Assembly: GCF_018977255.1 (NCBI RefSeq)
Contig: NW_024704742.1
Span: forward strand, 101,868,001-101,932,000
DNA: 64,000 bases
Reading direction: 5' to 3'
Source: Callorhinchus milii
Lineage: Eukaryota
The notes under the pieces were generated by a model. The model was not told where the DNA came from, made no database searches, and worked only from the letters and a program-made list of their open reading frames with translations. A program made the translations under genes and the position numbers. Shown here piece after piece: positions 27,911-37,800 of this stretch. Position 1 is the stretch's first letter, and each line of letters opens with the position of its first letter.

Positions 27911-28744
27911 TGTTACGTTAAAGTTGGGAAACCGGGGATTTTATGAAATCCCTGAATTTTTTTAGTAAAATTGTGAAACCATGGAATCACTGAAATTAGG
28001 AGTCAGAAAGTGACATTTCATTCAATGATGAGTCAAATGCTCATTTATTAACACAAATGAGCTTCTATGACACCAGGAATTACATTTTCGCTTTGCTTTG
28101 AAGCATTTACATTGATTGGTCTGACATTTCTTCTGACCATTGCAGTTACACTTCATAAAGCCTTGTCCACCACAAGCAGACTGTGCAATGACAGCTTCAC
28201 GGAGTGACACTGACTTTTCCTGGTTGACCCAGGTCTCTGTTAAGAATCGTTGTGGCCAGAGGTCAAATTAGTTCCTGGAATAGTGACCCCTCAGGATGTC
28301 GGCTTTCACTGCTATCCTGTACTGATCAGTATCTAAATCTCTATTCATAATAACACCCAGGATCACCATCCTCTCTGCTTGGGCTACTTGTGCCATTACA
28401 AGAAAGAACAGCCAGGAGATCAAGCTCATTTTCCAGTGCAGAAATCACCTCTGTTGGCAGTAATGAATATGTTTGCCAACACAAGCCTCATTGACAAACA
28501 TAGCAGCACGACAGGAGCAATTTATTCCTGAATGGTGAGCAGAGTTGTAAATGCCTCAAAGCAAAGCAAAAATGTAACTCCCAGTGTCAAGAAGTCTCAC
28601 TTGTGTTAATAAATGAACATTTGACTCATCAGTGAATGAAATGTCACTGGTTAACTCCTAATTTCAGTGATTTAATGGTTTCACAATTTTACTAAAAATT
28701 GTTGGGATTTCATGAAATCCTGGGTTACATAACTTTACTGTAAC
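27911..28744 (-). mobile_element. non-autonomous Ginger-like DNA transposon remnant (KRBA2/SCAND3-type integrase C-terminus) with ~200-bp inverted arms
   Basis: 27911-28110 is an imperfect inverted copy of 28545-28744, with TGTTAC..GTAAC ends. The minus strand encodes GVIMNRDLDTDQYRIAVKADILRGHYSRN*FDL..SLREAV..GGQGFMKCNCNGQKKCQTNQCKCFKAKRKCNSWCH. Confidence 0.65.
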
Positions 28745-29483
28745 CCAGGCTGCTAAAGCTGTTCCAAGCATGTTTTACCTTTAAGCGACAGAACTGACAG
28801 ATTCTTACTTCCTATAGAATAGTTACATCATGTTTAAACCTCATATATATTTAATTTTCCAGGCACGAATGGGGAGCACATCTGTATGCTTGCCTTTTGC
28901 CCTATCTGGAATGTTACTATATTTGAAAGAATTGTTAAATCCATGAATCGGATCATGATGGAACAAGAACACTGCTACTCCTCTCCAGCTCCCACTTCTA
29001 CTTCCTCTCTTAACCTAGTATCCCAAAGACCCCAAGGTACCAGCCCAATATGAGCCACCCAGGTCATTTGCCCACATACTACCTAGCTATAGGCCAACTT
29101 CCCCCTTTCCCAGCTCAACTCTCCCACTGACTTCAGATATAGTTTAAGATAGTCTGCTGCATGTGAGCATTGTATAAATTCTTCCATATTTGGCACTACA
29201 CGTTCAAATGCTACATCAGCAACTCATAAAATGAGCTGCTCTTAATCAATGCCAAATATGCATTCACCAATACCTACCATATATTCAGCAACGTTGAAAT
29301 GAATCAGAATATTGAGGCATTATAACACCCCCCCCTGCACCATACAAACCAGTAAACCACTTATTAAAAAATCCAAAAAGGAATAAATACAGATGCTTCG
29401 CATTATTTAGTATTACATATTTTCTTCAGATGATCAGAGCCAACCAAGTACAACCAAGGTTGATCATTGGCAAATAAGATTAA

Positions 29484-29781
29484 TTCTTGCATTTGATATA
29501 GCGCCTTATAAAGTGGACAAACGCGGCAGCCAATTGCACATAGCAGTGTCCCACAAACAGTCATGGATTGAAGTGACAATTCATTATTATTTTGGGGGGG
29601 AAGGAATTATTATCCCTGGAAAAGTGATCCGCTAATCGACTAACAACCAGGTTCCTACTTACTGCTAGGTAAACAGAGGTGTGTGGAGTAAGGAAACTTG
29701 CCCAACATTTCCCCGACGGGAATCGAATCCAGGACTCTCGCTTGCGAGGCAAGTGCTCTAACTACTGAGCTAAAGGACTCC
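29484..29781 (-). mobile_element. older long-form variant of the tRNA-Ala SINE
   Basis: Has an extra internal segment (CCTCTGTTTACCTAGCAGTAAGTAGGAACCTGG..) absent from the young copies. Confidence 0.8.
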
Positions 29782-29939
29782 ACAGATCAAATTCAACTAA
29801 GTATAAGATAGTAAAAACAGAATGCACATATATTCCATGAACAGGTTAGAAATTTCCAGGGGGAAAAGTTGAAAAAGACCTAGAGTATTAGTGAACTTGT
29901 CACTCACCACGGGAAACTGTAAAGCAGCAATAAGCAAAG

Positions 29940-30400
29940 CAACAACAACAACAAGATTCCATTTATAAAGCGCCTTTCACGTCAGGAGGACGTCCCAAGC
30001 CGCTGCACAGTTGGGTCAGGACCCGAGCAGGGGGGAAATGGTCAGGGTGAGGGGAGGGAAGGGAGGGAGCGAGGAGGGGGGAAATGGTCAGGGTGAGGGG
30101 AGGGAAGGGAGGGAGCGAGGAGGGGGGAAATGGTCAGGGTGAGGGGAGGGAAGGGAGGGAGCGAGGAGGGGGAAGAGAGTCGAGAGGGGAGCTGAAGGCT
30201 CGGTCAAAGAGAAAAGTTTTGAGACCGGCCTTGAAGGAGGAGAGGGAGGAAGCGGCGAAGGCACTGGGGGATAGAGTTCCAGAGCCTCGGGGCTGAGAGG
30301 CTGAAGGCTCGACCACCGATGGTAGGGCGGTTGGGGCGGGGGACGTGGAGCAGACCAGAGCCGGAGGAACGGAGGGTACGGGCAGGTAGGTAGGGGAAGC
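29940..30400 (-). mobile_element. L2 3' end with a triplicated 46-bp purine-rich unit, inserted in an old CR1 remnant
   Basis: (CAA)n tail and stem-loop; unit starts at 30035, 30081 and 30127; FKAGLKTFLF motif. Confidence 0.85.
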
Positions 30401-31809
30401 AAGGAGATTGCCAGGCTATATTACCCTATCAATTGAGTTCAAATATGTTCATACTGTGGAAGATTCTGGTTAGTTTGGTTCCAAAAGTACTAAGTACAGG
30501 TTTAAGGACTTTTTAAGGTATAAAAGATATGAACTGGATTGATATAGTAAAAATAATAATAAAATCAATATTTCCAAATATACCAATGCAATGTGCACAG
30601 GGTTGTGAAGGGCACTTTCAGGACAATCACCAGGAAGTATTTCTTTCCACAGAGGGTAATTGACAGCCGAATTGGGTTACCATGATTGGCGATGGAGGTC
30701 ATTGAACTCATTTAAGAAACAGATACTGTAACGGAAAGACAGCAGGTAGGTATTACGGAAAGATGAAATCAAAGGGACCTATGCATTTTCTTCATCTGAT
30801 CTCTTATGATCTTGTTTCTTGGATAGAAACGTCTTAATCTTAATTACAACACTCATCCAGCAATAAATATTCCAGTCAGGATTTGGCATACACTCACTTT
30901 AATGGTTTCTATAACCCAATTATATCTTTTGTCATAGACGGAGATCCCACCAATCAATATATTACAGTATATTCTGTGAAGCAATTTAAGACGGCTCGAA
31001 GACATGATAAGGCGCAATATCAAATGCAAGGATTATCATCATTGTCCTTGCACTTGACAGTGCCTTATCACATCATTGAGAAACTCAATGTGCTTCACAG
31101 GAAATATTGTAAAGTGGATTGACTGAATATTTTGTGGACGAAACATAGCAGCTCGAGGCACACAGGAATATCAAACAAACAGCCATGGATCAGCGCCTTG
31201 GGACGTCCTCCCGACGTGGAAGGCGCTCAATAAATGGAATCTTGTTGTTGTTGTTGTTGATTGAGTGGCCAATTTTATTTGGGGAATTGTTGGCCAGGAG
31301 ACCGGGAGAAACTCCCTTCTCTTTTCGAACAGTGTCTTTAACGTCCACCTGAACAGGCAGTTGGGACCCTGGTTTCACTTCACCTATGACATTACAACAC
31401 AATCCCAGCACTGGATTGGAGAGCCATCTTAGACGATGTGATTCCAAGTCCTACCATGGGGATTGAACCCATAACCTTCTGAATCAGAGGCGAGTGTTAC
31501 CACTGTAGCAGGCCTCTACACAAGTAACATTTATCTAAATGTTATTAGTCTACAAAGTAGACTTTAGATTTGTCTGAATTTAATTCAGTCTGAAAAGTAT
31601 ATGATAAAACCAACACAACTTGAAACTAGCCAGGAGACATAAGATCAACCCCAATCAAAATGCATGAGGAGGGAAAAGGGCAGATTGTGCACATCAAAAT
31701 AATTTGATGGCCCTGCAGTCCCCAAATAGTACCGTTCTCTTGAAGATGCTTTCCATTCTCCCTTTGCTAAAGAAATAGTACAAAAAAGGAACAACGGCTG
31801 TTATTTGTA

Positions 31810-32420
31810 AGGCATGGTCAAAGAGGAGAAGAGGAGGGTCTTGAGATGGGTCTTGAGAGAGGCAAGGGAAGGAGCGAGGCCGAGGGACAGCGGGATAGAG
31901 TTCCAGAGGGTGGGGGCAGAGTGGCTGAAAGCTTTCCCGCCAATGATGGGAAGGGCGACCCGGGGGACGTGAAGCCGGAGCCCACTGAACGGAGGGAGTG
32001 GGCATGTGGGTAGGGGGGGCTAGGTGGTCGCAGAGGTGGGGGGGGGGGAATGCTAGGCGGTCGCATAGGTAGGGGGGGCTAGGGGCTCGCAGAGGTGGGG
32101 CAGGGGGCTAGGCGCTCGCAGAGGTGGGGGGGGGCTAGGCGCTCGCAGAAGTGGGGGGGGGCTAGGCGCTCGCAGAGGTAGGGGGGGAGCAAGGCCATGG
32201 AGTGCTATGACGATGAGAACCAGGATCTTGAACTGTATCCTCTGTGTGAGGGGGAAGCCAGTGGAGTCGGGTGAGGATGGGGGTGAAAGGGTCATGGAAC
32301 CTGGTGTGGGAGAGGACATGAGCTGCAAAGTTCTGGATGATCTGCAGCCTATGGAGGAAGGAATTGGGCAGTCCAACAAGCAGGGAGTTGGCATAGTCAA
32401 GCCTGGATGTTATGAATGCA
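31810..32420 (-). mobile_element. L2 3' fragment with an internal ~26-bp tandem expansion (32005-32190)
   Basis: AFITSRLDYANSLL, RLHWLP, RIQFKIL; repeated GGGGGGGCTAGGCGCTCGCAGAGGT units. Confidence 0.85.
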
Positions 32421-32825
32421 AGCATGAGACATCTCGAAGACATGATGAGGCACTATATCAAATGCCAGGATTATTATTATTATTTAAAACAAAGTGGTTT
32501 TGTCAAATGGGCACTCTTGGAGTAATTTTAAGCTTTAAAAGTTCAAAGTCTTTTCGAAAACAAACGAATCAGCGATTTAATTTTGAGTAATGATGGTACA
32601 ATATCGCCATTCATTAATTTCAGTGGATTAAAAGTTAATAAATACAGTGCAGGTAGTGAATAGGCCAAACGCCTCACTTAAAAAAATCTTTGTGTAATTA
32701 TTTTGTGTACATATCGTAAATAGCTGCTGTGACTATTGTGGATGTGGAAAAATTCCAAGGGAACTTCTGCTTACAGTAGATGCTGATTGTTTCAACCACA
32801 ACAAAAAGTGAAATCATGTTACAAC

Positions 32826-33060
32826 AACAGAGAGAGCTGATATAACTCAGCAGGTCAGGCAGCATCTATGGAGAAAGGAAAGTGAGTCAACATTTCAGGT
32901 CCACGACCCTTCATCAGAACGTCATTGGGTTCTGACGAAAGGTCGTGGACCCGAAATGTTGACTCTCTTTCCTTTCTCCATCGATGCTGTCTGACCTGCT
33001 GAGTTTTCGCAGCTCTCTCTATTTTTGTTTCAGATTTCAGCATCTGCAGCATTTTGTGTT
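32826..33060. mobile_element. palindromic Penelope-like-element derivative with two inverted hammerhead ribozyme motifs
   Basis: Long inverted arms (AACTCAGCAGGTCAGGCAGCATC.. / ..GATGCTGTCTGACCTGCTGAGTT); CTGACGA..GAAA on + and CTGATGA..GAAA on -. Confidence 0.7.
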
Positions 33061-34431
33061 TTGTTCATGAGTGAAATCCTGCTGATGGGCAATCAATCGG
33101 ATTTATCAATCGGATAAAGTCATGTACTACTGTTTTAGCCCTTTACATAGAAAAAAGGAAAATCTAAAGAAAGACTGGGCACGTCAACAAAGGAAGGCCT
33201 TTTTCCAAAGTAGTACTGCTTTGAATATTTCTACAGAAAAGCATTTGTGCTAACCTGAGTTAACTCAAACTGGACAACATCTGGTTAAATAAGAATTCAC
33301 AGGATGATTTTTTTAGGTCATCATTACAAATGCAATTGCTTGCGCTCTTTCCTGAACAATGGTAAATTGAAATTTTTACACAGGCTGTCTGAATCTTAAG
33401 CCTGAAGCTATGACAACAGGAAGTCTGAAAATAATAAACAGCAAGTCAAGCAGCATCTATGGAGAAAGGAAAGTGAGCTTGACCTGCTGAGTGTTCCCAG
33501 CAACTTCTGTTTATTATTTTCAGAATTCCAGCATCTGCAGTATTTTGCATTTAGTCTAAAGATAATGTTGCAGGCTAACACAAATATGTTATTCAATTGC
33601 TGAAGTTGAAAGTATGATTTTATACTATATCTCCAGCACTGTCATCAGTCCTGTATCACTAATATTAAAGTCAGAATTTTTTGCATACAACAGCAAAATC
33701 ACATTTATATAGCGCCTTTCACATCAGGAGGACATCCCAAAGCACCGGACACTTGTATTACTAAGTGATGTTTTTGCTGGAATATGTGAAATTGTTCCCC
33801 TCATCTAATAATAATCCTTGCATTTGATATGCAACAACAACAGTCCATTTGTATTATGCCTTATCATGTCATTGAGATGTCTCAAAGTGCTTCACAGAAC
33901 ATAATGTAGAGTGAATTGACTGTAGATTTTGTGGGCAAAATCTAACTTTGTTTCTTTTACCAGACAGTTCAGGAACTTCAAGGTTACTGAGTTTTGGAAT
34001 GTAACTATGAGCAGAAGGTAATACTGAGTAACTTTGCTGGTGCAATGGACAGATTTTTAGGGAAAGAAATCAAGAAATGTTATTTGTTTTAATTTTTAAG
34101 TCTCAGTTAATTCAGGATTTGCTTTGGCAAACAACTATTTCACAAACTTGTGGTAGCCGTGTGTCAGTGCTGAAGTCTAACTATTGAGAAACTGGGAGCA
34201 AATAATGCTGCTATTGATGAAGTCCAACTTCAATTCATATTTCATCAGTTAGTTGTTAATAAGGATGACAAGAATTTCTGCAACCAAGTCATACTTCCTA
34301 ATATATAGTATTCCCAAAATTGTCAGTCTTGTGAGCCTAAAAAAAATACTTGAAAGTGTTTCCTTCACTTATAGGAATGTGGTGGGTTTTGATTTTTCCC
34401 AGTGACACCCAGCTCCACCTCTCCACTTGCT

Positions 34432-34754
34432 GGAGTCCTGTAGCTCAGTGGTTGGAGCACTCGCTTTGCAAGCGAGAGACCTGAGTTCAATTCCAGGCAG
34501 AGGGCGAAACCTTGGGCAAGTTTCCTTACTCCACACAGAGCCTAATAATAATCCCTCCAAAAACCAAAAACAATAATAAATTGGTCATTTTCAATCTACG
34601 ACTGTTTGTGGGACATTGCTGTGTGCAATTGGCTGCCGCGTTCGCCCACAAATGTACAGTCAATTCACTTTACAATGTGTTCTGTGAAGCGCTTTGGGAC
34701 ATCCTCCCGACGTGAAAAGTGCCATATCAAATGCAAGGATTATTATTATTATTA
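34432..34754 (+). mobile_element. full-length tRNA-Ala-derived SINE
   Basis: GGAGTCCTGTAGCTCAGTGG (A box), anticodon arm CTCGC-TTTGCAA-GCGAG, GTTCAATTCC (B box), body, L2-like stem-loop and (TTA)n tail. Confidence 0.93.
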
Positions 34755-35944
34755 CACTCTCAATTCCAGGAATGCTACAATTCTGACTGAAAATGTGCCA
34801 GACACAAATCCTGGTTGAGCTTTAACTTCATTTCAGCCAAAGGTATCTTGTTTGGTGCTCAATAGAACCTTCTTCCTTTAACTTCCTTAGCTTCAACTCC
34901 ATTAACCTCCCTTTCTACTAACTCTTAATGAGTCAGTGCAGAACCCTGTAGTCCTGCTTGACACCCATCTCTGCTACAAAACCTTATATCCAAGGCTTTG
35001 ACCAAAACCCACTTTTTTTTTTAAAATGCACAAAACACTGCATTCCCATCTCACTCCTCCTATACCAATCCTGATAGATTGCTCATTCCTCACTCCTGTG
35101 TCTCAGGGAGTGCAGTGCCCAAGTTAACAGCCAATAGCCATCTGGAACTTTCTTCCAAAATCGTTTTACCTCACTTCCGTGCTCTCTGCCTCAGAAAAAG
35201 CCTCTTAAAACATTTTTCCCCATGCTTTTGGTCAACATTCCCAACCCTGCCTCTGGGTGCTCTCTAACAAATATTAAGCACTTGAAGATGATCATTCCAG
35301 CTGACAAGCACTATATCAGTGCATGCTGTTGTTCCTAAATAGGTCACAGGGTGAAAAATCTCCCAGTATCATTATGCATTGCAAAATCAACATCTACTGC
35401 TCCACATTCGTGGAGCAAATTCATTCACAGTAAATTTATCTGCAACCTCCATCGGATGCCTCCTCCTCCTACGGAGAACTTGCTTGTGTTGAGAATATCT
35501 CAGTCACTGCAATACAGAATGACGTAGCGCAGAAATGGTTCATTTGGCCCAACGAGTCTGCACTGATGCTTTTCTCATTTTCCACATAATCTCACTGTCC
35601 TGCTCAATTCTCATACCCTTTAATATTCCTCCTTTCCAACTATATAGCCAATCCTCCTTTTCAAGAATCATGGACTCTGCTTCAACAACAATCTGTGGCA
35701 GAAGTCCAAAGTCAAACTGCCATCTGCAAAAAAGAAATTCATTCTAACCTCTCCTTACATTATTTTTATAATTATTTCATGAATATAATTCCCATTCGTA
35801 AATTATATCTATGTCCTTGCTAATTCCGGCACTAGTTTATTTGAAATGGAAGTCTGCTATGTTCTCACAACTCAAACTACATCATCTGACAGTCTAAATA
35901 AACCACATTTCTGTTACTTTCATACGTGTCTGCTAAGCATCTGA

Positions 35945-36190
35945 ATCAACAACAAAATTACATTTGTATAGCGTCTTTCATGTCGGGAGGACGTCCCAAG
36001 GAGCTGGACAGTTAGTGTTTCGGATACGAGCTGGGGGTCGGCATTGGGGAGGATGGAGGGCACGGGGGGAAAAGCAGGGTGATCGAAAGCACGGTCGAAG
36101 AGGAGGGTCTTGAGATGGGTCGTCAAGGAGGCAAGGGAGGGGCAAGGTGGAGGGACTGTGGGATGGAGTTCTAGGGGGTGGGGGCAGAAC
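35945..36190 (-). mobile_element. L2 3' end fragment
   Basis: HLKTLLFDRAF plus stem-loop and (CAA)n tail. Confidence 0.8.
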
Positions 36191-36947
36191 TTGGAATCAA
36201 TTCCTAGCTGTAAAACCTGAAGCCTTGCAGCTGACTATACAAAGATGGGGTCTTGTAAAAACATTCTGTCCCTGTATTTAAGGTCACAAGGTTAAATTAT
36301 TTTAAGAAATGACAAGTCATGTGATAGCCTCTTGGTGAATCAGAATTATTACATTCCACAGGTACGCGCACACATCTATCAGCGCCTATGCTGCATTCAT
36401 GTGATATGTACCGGAATTGTTCAGTTTAAATGAGGATGAAGCAGTGTTGAAGCCTCTGAAAAATATGGTTTCAGGAGTACAGTATTGTGATTTACACTTC
36501 AGTAATATAAATGTGAGGCTGATAATTACATTGAGATGCTCCCCTCCCCTATGGTTCCACAGAGCTCTCAGGTTGTCCAGGGGTTTGAGCGGATATTTTA
36601 TTATTAAAGGGTCAAACACTCAAAATTGATCCTCAGTGTCCTGTTTAACTCTTCCTATTCAAGGCAGAGCTGCACAACATCTTACATTAAATACCAGCTC
36701 AGCCCCTCACACACTCGGCTCGTACCGTCACACTTGTGGCACACGCGCACTCACGGAGGCAAAGCGCTGCACACACACTGCACACCGGAGCACACGCAGT
36801 GCACAACTGTGCTGCACCAGAGCTCACCCACAGTGTACATCGCTGCACACACACGGCACAGACTTGTCGGGAGGGCCGCCTCTCCCCCTCTCCCCCTCCG
36901 ACAACACAATTACATTTGTACGCAACACAACACAACACAACACTCAC

Positions 36948-37034
36948 CGTGAAGGGCTCCTCACCCACATTGCCCACAGAGAAGCAGTTGTCTCCCGGGT
37001 TGACGGCGCCGGTCAGCACCTGGTGCAGGTTCAT
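36948..37034 (-). CDS. DMXL1: DMXL1 coding exon 1 (MNLHQVLTGAVNPGDNCFSVGNVGEEPFT)
   Basis: ATG at 37034 in the context ACCGACATGA; 87 nt ending at a GTGAGT donor (phase 0). The peptide is the recognisable N-terminus of Dmx-like proteins and lies in a CpG island. Confidence 0.95.
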
Positions 37035-37060
37035 GTCGGTGTCGGTGTCTCTGCCCCTGT

Positions 37061-37385
37061 GGGGCCGGGCCGGGGGGCTGAGCCTGGGCCGGGGGGCCGG
37101 CCTGGGCCGGGGGCCGGGCCGGGGGCTGGCGCGGGCCGGGCCTGGGGGCCGGGCCTGGGCCGGGGGGGGTGACCTGGGCCGGGGGGCCGGGCCGGGGGGC
37201 TGGCGCTGGGCCGGGGGGCTGAGCCTGGGCCGGGGGGCCGGGCCTGGGCCGGGGGGCCGGGCCGGGGGCCGGGGCCGGGCTGGGCCGGGGGGCCGGGCCT
37301 GGGCCCGGGGGGCTGAGCCTGGGCCGGGGGGCTGAGCCCGGGCCGGGGGGGCCGGGCCTGGGCCGGGGGGCTGGCGCTGGGCGGC
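37061..37385. repeat. GC-rich tandem repeat (GGGCCGGG / CTGGGCCGGGGGG units) between the promoter and the start codon
   Basis: Directly visible degenerate repeat, almost all G/C, with dozens of G3-G7 runs on the + strand. Confidence 0.9.
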
Positions 37386-37800
37386 CTCTCTACCCAGTGC
37401 CCCCGCCGGCGGCGGCTCCGCTCATGTCAGAGCGGCTGTGGCTGGTGGAGCGGCGTCACGGGGCGCTTGTGCGGCCTCGGGGCCCAACTGCGGCCTCGCA
37501 GTGTGTTTACGTGGCGGTGTGATGTGATGGCGGAGGGAGGGAGGGCTGGTGGTGGTGGTGGCGGCGGCGCCGTCTCTCTCTCTCTGTCACTCTCTCCGCA
37601 GCTGTCGCCTCAACAACCTCCGGCCTCCATCTTCCGCCCACTCCAGTCTCGCGAGACTCGCCCACCCACCAGACACAAGTCTCGCGAGATTCGGCCCCGC
37701 GCCCCGCCCCCTCCCCCGCCCGGCGCGCTGGTCACGTGCTGCCCGAGAGACTGCCGGGAAAGGGGCGGAGTCAGCGGCAGTGACCGAGCGACAGCGTCAC
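37380..37800 (-). promoter_or_regulatory. CpG-island promoter / 5' region of DMXL1
   Basis: Very high GC and CpG density against a CpG-depleted background. TCTCGCGAGA at 37647-37656 and 37680-37689; GC boxes (CCCCGCCC) about 37700-37721 and GGGGCGG about 37762; GTCACGTG at 37731-37738; minus-strand GCGGAAGATGG (ETS/YY1-like) about 37626-37637. Confidence 0.85.
37390..37425 (-). other. upstream ORF (MSGAAAGGGTG*) in the probable DMXL1 5'UTR
   Basis: Minus strand reads GAC ATG AGC GGA GCC GCC GCC GGC GGG GGC ACT GGG TAG. The TSS position is inferred, not seen. Confidence 0.5.

Noticed and set aside
34432..34505. tRNA-Ala(TGC)-like sequences
   Set aside because: They are SINE heads: no proper acceptor stem, and they are always followed by the SINE body and tail.
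36626..37335. Plus-strand ORFs of 108-199 aa overlapping DMXL1 exon 1
   Set aside because: Antisense read-through of GC-rich and repeat sequence; the minus-strand exon explains the region.
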